The translations under genes and the position numbers were made by a program. The notes below the pieces were generated by a model. The model was not told the origin of the DNA, made no database searches, and saw only the letters and a program-made list of their open reading frames with translations. A stretch of DNA of 64,000 nt from contig JAMCUS010000024.1 of NCBI GenBank assembly GCA_023379385.1, positions 30,776 to 94,775 of the forward strand, given 5' to 3'. This document shows positions 20,366-28,619 of the stretch, one piece after another. Source of the stretch: Thermoplasmatota archaeon (GTDB lineage: Archaea; Thermoplasmatota; Thermoplasmata; Lutacidiplasmatales; JAMCUS01). How positions within the stretch are numbered: position 1 is the stretch's first letter; every line of letters starts with the position of its first letter.

Positions 20366-20400
20366 TACTCAGGCCCTTACGGACGGGGTCTTCTCGTGAG
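20366..20400. repeat. conserved hairpin motif CCTTACGRAMGGGGTCTTCYCGTKAG (copy 1), between convergent sdhB and the membrane-protein gene; a second copy lies at 46005..46040
   Basis: 'CCCTTACGGACGGGGTCTTCTCGTGAGGG' has an 8-bp stem (CCCTTACG/CGTGAGGG). The second copy is 'CCTTACGAAAGGGGTCTTCCCGTTAG'. Confidence 0.35.
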
Positions 20401-20612
20401 GGATCTGATAAAAAAAGAAATTTCACCATAATAATCTATTATGACATTTGGTACCTGAACATAAATAATGTTTTTATAATAAAACATTTATACTAAAAAA
20501 CTCAGGAGTTTGTACAATATAAACAATACAAATTATGTTCTATTTATTTTCATATCCTGAGTGTTACAAAAAATAAAAATAAAAAATTTTAAAATATAAA
20601 ATCGTTTTCTGT

Positions 20613-21170
20613 TTAATCCTTCTTTCCATTTTTTATCATTGATGTTATATATGCAATTCCACCGGCAAAAACACCGAAAGCGCCTATAGCCATAAAGATA
20701 CCAATTGGTATCATTAATGAAGATAGTATGTTTACGTGTACCCATAACGCCGTCTCACCAAGGCCACCATCATATTTAGGTAACATCGCTGCGCCACCAA
20801 AGAAACCGCCGTACATCATCAATATTGACGCACCTATAGTGCCTATACTCATGAATATAATGTGTATCCATGCAAAAAATGCGGAGATGCCTTTTACACT
20901 TTTATTGAGAATCACTTCAAGATACCAGTAAAACAAACCACTTACAGCCGTACCTAGAACTCCTACAAGCATTAACCCAACAAATCCAACCGTTAGCCAC
21001 GTACCTGCACTGCCTGAAGCAACTACCATTGCAGCAGAGGGTTTATAAAACATACTCTGCATAAGAAATGTAGCCATAGAAAAGAATGCTACAGCTCCTA
21101 TAATTATAGCTACATATATAAACCGATTGGCCCATATGCTCTCTTTTATCACACTTTTTATTTCATCCAT
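20613..21170 (-). CDS. hypothetical integral membrane protein (about 5 TM)
   Basis: Hydrophobic, Gly-rich TM segments. No recognised motif. Confidence 0.4.
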   Translation of the reverse strand: MDEIKSVIKESIWANRFIYVAIIIGAVAFFSMATFLMQSMFYKPSAAMVVASGSAGTWLTVGFVGLMLVGVLGTAVSGLFYWYLEVILNKSVKGISAFFAWIHIIFMSIGTIGASILMMYGGFFGGAAMLPKYDGGLGETALWVHVNILSSLMIPIGIFMAIGAFGVFAGGIAYITSMIKNGKKD

Positions 21171-21309
21171 ATTGTATCACCACCAATACACCTCTAAATA
21201 ATATATGAAATAATGACTTTAAATGTATTATGTTATTATTGTATTTATATTATTATGTTATATATATATTGTAAATATAAGATGTGGTTGGTTGTTGTTA
21301 TCTGTTACT

Positions 21310-21384
21310 TTGAATTACACGTGTTTTATTATGTAAACGCCGTTTGAATATCTACCATTTATGGCCTTTGAATATTTACCACTT
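21310..21384. promoter_or_regulatory. three direct repeats of TTTGAAT(A)T(C/T)TACC in the AT-rich region between the divergent membrane-protein genes; candidate regulator binding site
   Basis: 'TTTGAATTACAC' (21310), 'TTTGAATATCTACCATTT' (21343), 'TTTGAATATTTACCACTT' (21367); spacing about 24-33 bp. Confidence 0.3.
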
Positions 21385-21533
21385 GTATTTATATTAAATA
21401 AAAGAGAATACAAAATTTAATATGATTTTGTTGTATTCTGTTTGATAATATGATATGTATAGGGTGTATGATATATACTATAAATAGACAAAGGATTTAA
21501 ATACATACTTCTATGTATGTCTGAGGTGTTAGT

Positions 21534-23390
21534 ATGAACAATAAAAGTTTGAAAGAAAAAATTTGGCTCTTTTTTCATTCGCCTAGGCAGTTATTTTACT
21601 TTACAGTAATATGGGGACTTATATTCAGTGTATTAAGTCCATTGTTTAATCAATTTTCGCCTATTTATGGAGGTACAAATGAGTTTCAACGTATTATGTA
21701 TCTTCATGTATTGACAATTGTACTTGTAGTAGCGTTATCCTATATCATTGTAGATGTCTACAGACCCTGTCTCGAAATGTCCGAAGGTGTAAGAACTTTT
21801 GAATTTGATTTTATTATGTATGGTGGTTTTATAGCTATTGTTATTAATAGCATCTTTGGAATGATTGATTCTGTAGAGAACAGTATTCCTATGTGGATGC
21901 AGATTGTTGCATTTCTGTTCCTTGATGAGATTGCTATTGCACTTATAATAGCGCTGCCAATTCACATGTACAGAACCAAAGGACTGGAAAATGCAGATCT
22001 AACCTTCTGGTTATTGTGGGTGTCAATAGGGTCTGCATTTACAGCCGCCATGATCGGTCACATTGGTGGTTTTATAATGGCATTTGGAGGCAGTTTCATG
22101 ACTCCTTATATCCATAGCATAGGCCTGAATTCTGCAACCTTTGAAGCCAATGCTATTACAAGCCATTCACACGAGATGATCGTAGCCATAATGGCAGGTA
22201 TAGTAGCACTGTTCGCTACGAAATATGGCTATAATGAATTGAAAGGATTAAAAAAGTTTATAGCAAAATTGGGACTGGAGGTGGCTTTATTCGGTGTTGT
22301 AGCCATGACTGCAGTATATGTTGTAGGTGGATTGACGAACTATGTTATTCCTACGATGTTTACATTTGGTCCAGGAGCTGCTAATGGTTTGGCACAGGAT
22401 GACCTTCTCACTGGAATTGTGGGAATAGGTGCCTTTTTGGTATTGATAGGCATGCTCTGGTCACCTGTAAAAAGTGCTGCTAAGAATATAGAAAAGGGTA
22501 CAGATTACCTGATGAACGATCCAATAGGCATGGCTATCCTTCTTTCATGGGTGTTTGCACTGGTAATGATACCTGTGCTGGGGTACAGTATTGAACTTCA
22601 GGAGAATTATTTCGGTATGCTTGGATTTATAACCAATGCCCCTGGAGCTATCAGTGATATCAACTTTATGAGATTCCACCAGATGTTTGGATTTTTCCTT
22701 ATGCCTGCAATGTCCACCCTGCTCATGGGTCTAGACTATTTTTCCTTTATTCCAAAAAACAGGGAATTGATCGGATATTCATTGATATTCGGTTCCCTGG
22801 TAATGTTCATAGGTGGCGTTGGTTTAATATTCTTTAATACAGCTAGCTGGAGTGTGTACTGGTATATAACAATACTGGGCATGATCCTATTTGCTTTTGG
22901 GGTAGGTACTGCTATATATACTGGGATGTCTGTATTTCAGGAAGAAAATATTGATAAGGTAAAAAAGGAGGTTAAGAAAGATAGTAGAACCTACTTTAAT
23001 AACGGAAAAAGGGTTCCTGTCATAGGAGGTGCTGTTGTGGTAATTCTTTTGCTCATATCCGCAGGAACAATATTCTATGTGCATTCCCAGTCAGTTAACT
23101 ATTCGTATATAGAAGGCATTAATGTCGCCGGTACTGCAGCGAATAATATTACTGTAAACATGACTTTTCCGTATGCATATAAGACCGGTACTTCTGTTGA
23201 TATTTCGATGATTGCTACTGCTAACTTCACTATGGAAAATGTATCAACAAATATTACGTCGTTCAGTGTTGTTTCTACCGATCCAAGTTTAGCATGTACA
23301 CTTACCTGCAATGAGTCAATGACCATGGTTCTATCTACGCCTGCAGGCTATTTTGATGGAACATTAACTATATTTGTAAATAGCAAATAG
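21534..23390 (+). CDS. hypothetical polytopic membrane protein (about 14 TM) with a C-terminal extracytoplasmic Ser/Thr-rich domain full of N-glycosylation sequons
   Basis: Multiple TM helices. C-terminal domain has NIT/NMT/NFT/NVS/NIT/NES sequons. Lies 9 nt upstream of ctaB. Confidence 0.45.
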   Translation: MNNKSLKEKIWLFFHSPRQLFYFTVIWGLIFSVLSPLFNQFSPIYGGTNEFQRIMYLHVLTIVLVVALSYIIVDVYRPCLEMSEGVRTFEFDFIMYGGFIAIVINSIFGMIDSVENSIPMWMQIVAFLFLDEIAIALIIALPIHMYRTKGLENADLTFWLLWVSIGSAFTAAMIGHIGGFIMAFGGSFMTPYIHSIGLNSATFEANAITSHSHEMIVAIMAGIVALFATKYGYNELKGLKKFIAKLGLEVALFGVVAMTAVYVVGGLTNYVIPTMFTFGPGAANGLAQDDLLTGIVGIGAFLVLIGMLWSPVKSAAKNIEKGTDYLMNDPIGMAILLSWVFALVMIPVLGYSIELQENYFGMLGFITNAPGAISDINFMRFHQMFGFFLMPAMSTLLMGLDYFSFIPKNRELIGYSLIFGSLVMFIGGVGLIFFNTASWSVYWYITILGMILFAFGVGTAIYTGMSVFQEENIDKVKKEVKKDSRTYFNNGKRVPVIGGAVVVILLLISAGTIFYVHSQSVNYSYIEGINVAGTAANNITVNMTFPYAYKTGTSVDISMIATANFTMENVSTNITSFSVVSTDPSLACTLTCNESMTMVLSTPAGYFDGTLTIFVNSK

Positions 23391-23398
23391 AGGTAGGT

Positions 23399-24277
23399 AT
23401 GTATGGGGTAAAAGCGAAGTTGAAGGGAGTTATCAAGATTACGAAACCTGCTGTGGTAACACTGCTCGCTTTCACTGCTATAGCATCTGCTATAGTAGCT
23501 TACGGCAGTATTACTGTCTTCTTTTATATGCCATTTGTACTGGCTCTGATCTCTGTTGTAACGGGGGCTGCAGGAGCTGAGGCTGTCACAGCTTACACTG
23601 ACAGGGATATTGACAGGATAATGGAGCGAACTAATAAAAGGCCAGTTCCATCAGGTACAATCAGCGGGGTAACCGCGTTAATCGTTGGGTTGGTACTTAT
23701 ATCCACATCCATAATTTTTGCCGTCGCTGTTAGTTTACTGGTTACAGTACTTATTTTAATAGCGTTGGTGGACAATATTGTAGTATACAGTCTATGGCTC
23801 AAGCGAAGTAGCAGATGGAATATCGTACTGGGTGGAATATGCGGTGGTATACCTGTCCTGATGGGGTGGGCATCTGTAACGGGTAGCCTGTCGTGGGCAT
23901 CACTTTTTTTGGCAATGCTGGTAATTGTATGGATACCCATTCATATATGGAGTTTTTCAATTGAATATATGGAGGATTATCGAAAAGCCTCCATACCAAT
24001 GTTTCCTCTTACCATTAAAACAGTTAAAAAATCCATGGTATGCGTAGGCATGGCTGGAATGGTTATTGCGATTTTTCCCATTTTGGCTTATTTTGCTGGT
24101 ATAGGATCCTACCTATTTTTGGCCATATCAACGTTAATGGGACTTATCACCATAGCCCTGTCAATATCCCTCATAATGAAGCCTGCGAAGAAAAATGCAA
24201 AACATCTGTTTATATTTTCCAACATCTATTTATTCATTGTTTTTGTAGCACTTATAATTCCATTTTTGAGATATTAA
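23399..24277 (+). CDS. ctaB: protoheme IX farnesyltransferase (heme O synthase, UbiA family)
   Basis: 'AYTDRDIDRIMERTNKRPVPSG' UbiA/CtaB Asp-rich motif; 8-9 TM. Confidence 0.7.
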   Translation: MYGVKAKLKGVIKITKPAVVTLLAFTAIASAIVAYGSITVFFYMPFVLALISVVTGAAGAEAVTAYTDRDIDRIMERTNKRPVPSGTISGVTALIVGLVLISTSIIFAVAVSLLVTVLILIALVDNIVVYSLWLKRSSRWNIVLGGICGGIPVLMGWASVTGSLSWASLFLAMLVIVWIPIHIWSFSIEYMEDYRKASIPMFPLTIKTVKKSMVCVGMAGMVIAIFPILAYFAGIGSYLFLAISTLMGLITIALSISLIMKPAKKNAKHLFIFSNIYLFIVFVALIIPFLRY

Positions 24278-24348
24278 AATGCGTGAAGGTCATCTGTAAT
24301 ACGCCAATTTTAAAAAATTTAAAAATTCTTGCATTTTAAGCCATAACA

Positions 24349-25266
24349 TTATTTGAATTTAGCATGACACTTCCAGCATTCATCGTCATCATCCTGTGCA
24401 ACAGCACCGCAATTGGAACATATAAATTCATTTTTTTCAGTATTTTCGTTTTTATCTTTTTTAATAATTTTATTTGTAGCATTCTTTACAATCCTATTTT
24501 TTTTCTTTTCTCTGAAGTAGTATATTAACGGAAGTATAATCATAACGGGGATGCCTGCATAAAGAAATATACTGAATGCAGATAAGGCCACGACATAGGG
24601 GTATTCATTGTATATATTGGGAGCTATCAATGGTCCCTGAAGATATCCATTGCTTGTAATCCAGTGATGACTTACAGTACCATTAGAAGTTGTATAATTA
24701 ACTTCAGCAGTAAGGGTGTATAGCCATAATCCACTTGAAAGGTTGTCAATTGTACAGTAATATTCTGTAAAATTTTTATTACTATGTAATATATGCATGA
24801 CATCTGCAAACGATCTAGACCCGTCTGTATTCGTTATATTTATGTATACAGCATATTTAGCAGAACTGTTTCCGTTGGCCATATATGTTGTAAAATTGAA
24901 TGTTGTTGGCGTTAAACTGTGATATGGTGAAACTGTGCTATTAATGAATGGTCCAGATGAGTTTATGGCAGGCGGTGCTGCGTATAACATAGATGAAAAT
25001 AGTATTCCGTAGAGCAAGGCAGACACAACCAGAACTACGATTATTATATACGCGAGCTTTTTTAATGATTTCCAGTGCAGAATGCCGTATGGAATCGCAA
25101 TTATAAGTATAGCACCTAAAAGTGCTCCAAGATCCTGCAAGGCATAGAAAGACAACACGAATATTCCTATAAATATCAATATCCATGCCACCTGCTTGAG
25201 GAAATCTTTATTCAGATATTTCTTATAGCTGTTTTCTTTCATGTTAGATTGATATGAATATATCAT
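24349..25266 (-). CDS. hypothetical membrane protein with a glycosylated extracellular domain and a C-terminal cytoplasmic zinc ribbon
   Basis: N-terminal TM helices, N-x-S/T-rich middle, C-terminus 'CSNCGAVAQDDDDECWKCHAKFK'. Confidence 0.4.
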   Translation of the reverse strand: MIYSYQSNMKENSYKKYLNKDFLKQVAWILIFIGIFVLSFYALQDLGALLGAILIIAIPYGILHWKSLKKLAYIIIVVLVVSALLYGILFSSMLYAAPPAINSSGPFINSTVSPYHSLTPTTFNFTTYMANGNSSAKYAVYINITNTDGSRSFADVMHILHSNKNFTEYYCTIDNLSSGLWLYTLTAEVNYTTSNGTVSHHWITSNGYLQGPLIAPNIYNEYPYVVALSAFSIFLYAGIPVMIILPLIYYFREKKKNRIVKNATNKIIKKDKNENTEKNEFICSNCGAVAQDDDDECWKCHAKFK

Positions 25267-25287
25267 ACATCTATATGAAATAAACTA

Positions 25288-27816
25288 TTATTTGGGGTGT
25301 CTGTTATAATTTTTATCTATCTTTTTTTTAATATATATTTTTTCAAGTTTCTCAATTCTAGTCAATAGTTCTCTGTTTCTTTCCTTAAGATTTTCTATCT
25401 CTTCCTGCAGTTGTTCAATATTATTTTTACCGGTCTCCACCAGATATCTTCTGAGTCCCTTCAGAGATCTTTTCAATCTTGCCTGTATGTCTTTTTCCAC
25501 AAGTCTATCGATAACCGGTATCACTGTTTTATCAGCAACCTCTTTTAACGATGCAACGGCAGCCATACTCACCTGTAAATATGGATCCTCTAATAATTTA
25601 ATGAGCAAATCCTTTATATCATCTCTATTTTTTCCAAGTTTACCCAGTGCATAGATAGCACCAATCCTTGTGTAAAGTGGTTTATCGGTGGATGAGTACT
25701 CCATTGCATAATTAATGTTCTTTTCAATGCCCAGATCACCCATGGCCTTCAGGGCTGAGCTTCTTATGATATCCATAAAAGATTCTTTTGATAAACCATC
25801 TACAAGCAGATCAAAACCATCTATAAATTTAGTTTTACCTATTGCAGTATATGCATATGCTTCAACAAAATAACTTTGATCACCCCTGCTGAGAATCTCT
25901 TTTATAGCATTCCACACCTTTTTATCTCTGTATTTTGATAATGCCTTCACAACAGCAGTTCTTGCCATTGCATTTTTAAGATTCATGTTATCAAGTAAAC
26001 CATCAAGTGCATGGTCTGTATGTATTTCTCCTAGTACTGATGCAGCTTCTGCCTGTATTCCCCAGAACTGATCTTTTTTAAGTTGCCCTGCCAGTATATC
26101 AACAGCCTTTATATCATAGCTTGATTTCATTTCCCTCATAGCCATGATCTTTTCATAAGTGCTATTTGAATTATTGAGGATATAGCTAAGTTCATCAACA
26201 GATTTTTTGAATGATGTTTTGCATAGCACCCACCCATCTGGATCAAAGGTTATTGTTACAGGTGGTTTATCCAAAGGTATGTAGAAAAGTTCACTCTCCT
26301 TGGATATTGTGAAGTTCCTGTCAACATATCCCTCTTTTGTATATATCCTGAATGTTGCCTCAAATTTGAATAAAGGGTTTTTAGAGAACGCATTTTTCTG
26401 TTTAACATCTATAATTGCATTTTTAAGATTGATATCATATTTCCATGATATGTCTAAAACAGGGTGTCCTGCTCTATAAATCCACTGTTCAAAAAACTGT
26501 TCCAGGCCTTTTCCAGATACCTCCTCCATGATCTTTCTGAAGTCATCTGTTTCAGCATATGATTCTGAATATCTTTTAAGGTACTCTTTTATACCCTCTC
26601 TGAATGTATCGTGGCCCAGAAATCCCCTGAGCATATGAAGGACAAGCGACCCTTTTTGATACGTGTGCCTGTCAAACAGCTCTATAGGTTCTGAATACAC
26701 GCGTTGAACTATGGGTCTCATGTATGTAGAAGATTCTTCCATATACGCAGCAATGTTATTCAGAAGATACATTGTGAATTCATCTTTGCCCAATAGGTGC
26801 TCCTCATATAAAAGTTCAAAATAGGTCGCAAAACCCTCGTTTAACCATGCATGATACCAGTTTTTGCAGGTTACAAGGTCACCTGCCCATTGATGTGCAA
26901 GTTCATGTGCTATTAATGGCTCACTTTTATAGTTAAGTTCTGCTTTTTCGTCGTGCAGTGTAACATCTGTCAGAGTTGTAGATGAGATGTTTTCCATACC
27001 ACCAAATATAAAATCAGATACAGTTACCTGTGAATATTTTTTATATGGATATCTAATGCCTGTAAAATTACTGAAAAAAGTCAGCATATCCTTTGTATTT
27101 TTAAAAGTTCTATCTGCGTCATTTACCCTTTCTGCAGGAACATAGTAATAGAGATCCACATCCTCCCATTTGTCTTTAATTTCTACAAAGTCACCAACTG
27201 CTATTGATGTTAAATAAGCAGAATGTTTTGTATCCTCTACCCAGTCAAACCATGTAAGACCATCTGGCGACTCATATTTTTCTTTCAGAACTCCGTTGGA
27301 TATAACTATATAGGGTTTTTTAACACCTATAACAACCTCTGTTGTAAATTTAATACCTGGATAATCAATGCATGGAAACCAGTATCTAGAATCCTCGTCT
27401 TCTCCCTGACTCCATACCTGGTATTTTTTATCAGGATGGTCTTTATCAGGCGTTATAAAATACAATCCCTTTCGTGGAACTGTATTATAGGAAACAGTAA
27501 GCTTATATTCTTCACCACTATCGAGTTTATCTGTTAATTTGATATCTATACTATCTGTATATTTAATAAATTCAACTGGTTTATCATTTATGAATATGTT
27601 ATCGATCTGAAGTTCAACAGCATCAAGTACTATGTGATCCAGGTTGTTTCTATATGGTTTAAACAGTATTATTGTTGTACCGTAAAATACCTTTTTATCA
27701 AAATCTATTTTTCCCTGTATTTTAAGATTATTTATAATAATATCAATATCTTTGGTATAATGTCTTGTAGCTCCTGGCAAAACAAAATTTTTTGATTCAT
27801 CAACTGTTATATCCAT
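25288..27816 (-). CDS. M1-family zinc aminopeptidase (aminopeptidase N / tricorn-interacting factor F2/F3-like) with C-terminal HEAT-like repeats
   Basis: 'GGMEN' exopeptidase motif, 'HELAHQWAGDLVT...WLNEGFATY' HExxH-x18-E zinc site. Confidence 0.8.
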   Translation of the reverse strand: MDITVDESKNFVLPGATRHYTKDIDIIINNLKIQGKIDFDKKVFYGTTIILFKPYRNNLDHIVLDAVELQIDNIFINDKPVEFIKYTDSIDIKLTDKLDSGEEYKLTVSYNTVPRKGLYFITPDKDHPDKKYQVWSQGEDEDSRYWFPCIDYPGIKFTTEVVIGVKKPYIVISNGVLKEKYESPDGLTWFDWVEDTKHSAYLTSIAVGDFVEIKDKWEDVDLYYYVPAERVNDADRTFKNTKDMLTFFSNFTGIRYPYKKYSQVTVSDFIFGGMENISSTTLTDVTLHDEKAELNYKSEPLIAHELAHQWAGDLVTCKNWYHAWLNEGFATYFELLYEEHLLGKDEFTMYLLNNIAAYMEESSTYMRPIVQRVYSEPIELFDRHTYQKGSLVLHMLRGFLGHDTFREGIKEYLKRYSESYAETDDFRKIMEEVSGKGLEQFFEQWIYRAGHPVLDISWKYDINLKNAIIDVKQKNAFSKNPLFKFEATFRIYTKEGYVDRNFTISKESELFYIPLDKPPVTITFDPDGWVLCKTSFKKSVDELSYILNNSNSTYEKIMAMREMKSSYDIKAVDILAGQLKKDQFWGIQAEAASVLGEIHTDHALDGLLDNMNLKNAMARTAVVKALSKYRDKKVWNAIKEILSRGDQSYFVEAYAYTAIGKTKFIDGFDLLVDGLSKESFMDIIRSSALKAMGDLGIEKNINYAMEYSSTDKPLYTRIGAIYALGKLGKNRDDIKDLLIKLLEDPYLQVSMAAVASLKEVADKTVIPVIDRLVEKDIQARLKRSLKGLRRYLVETGKNNIEQLQEEIENLKERNRELLTRIEKLEKIYIKKKIDKNYNRHPK

Positions 27817-27996
27817 TTCATATCACACTGTTCTAATTTACCAATAACACATATAAATTCAATATATTTTAAAATTTACATTGCAGTGTATGGAAACGAG
27901 AATATGCAACAATATTACAGATAGAATGCCTTAATGTATTCAAAATATTTAGCATCATTACATTTTAAATACTTTACTACATCTATCTCTATCACC

Positions 27997-28557
27997 ATGA
28001 CCAAAAAATTAGTTGTAGCTGTTACTGGTGCTTCAGGTGCTATATATGCATACAGGCTTCTTGAACATCTGAAAAAGGAGACGGTATATCTAATTATTTC
28101 CAGAGCTGCATCTCTAGTTATTGATGAAGAGCTAGGTCTTACAGAGAACGATTTTTATAAATTTGCAAAATTTCATTACGATGAAAACGAATTAAATGTA
28201 CCTGTTGCGTCTGGAAGCAATGAACTTGATGCCGTTATCATAGTACCCGCCTCGTTGTCAACCATTGCAAAGATATCAAACGGTATTGAAGATAATCTTA
28301 TAACGAGAGTTGCTTTTGTTGCGATCAAAGAAAACAAAAAATTAATAGTAGTGCCACGGGAGACTCCAATACCAGCTATCCAGCTCCATAACATGGAAAA
28401 GATCGCAACTAACGGTGGTATTGTTTTAATGGCTTCACCACCTTTTTATATTCACCCCGAAAGTGTTGATGATCTTGTTAACTACATGGTAGGCAAGATT
28501 CTAGACATCATAGGTATAAGTCATAATCTATATAAACGATATAAAAGTAACGAATGA
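27997..28557 (+). CDS. ubiX: flavin prenyltransferase UbiX/Pad1
   Basis: 'KKLVVAVTGASGAIYAYRLLEHLK' flavoprotein N-terminus; about 187 aa. Confidence 0.75.
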   Translation: MTKKLVVAVTGASGAIYAYRLLEHLKKETVYLIISRAASLVIDEELGLTENDFYKFAKFHYDENELNVPVASGSNELDAVIIVPASLSTIAKISNGIEDNLITRVAFVAIKENKKLIVVPRETPIPAIQLHNMEKIATNGGIVLMASPPFYIHPESVDDLVNYMVGKILDIIGISHNLYKRYKSNE

Positions 28558-28619
28558 TGCCGTATAACAAAATAACCATGCAAATTATCGTAAATTACTC
28601 TCTACAATTGAATCCTGCA

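Noticed and set aside
21534-23390. Considered a divergent heme-copper oxidase subunit I
   Set aside because: No HH pair, no GHPEVY-like motif and no helix-X His pair; only a single H-x-H. Insufficient evidence.
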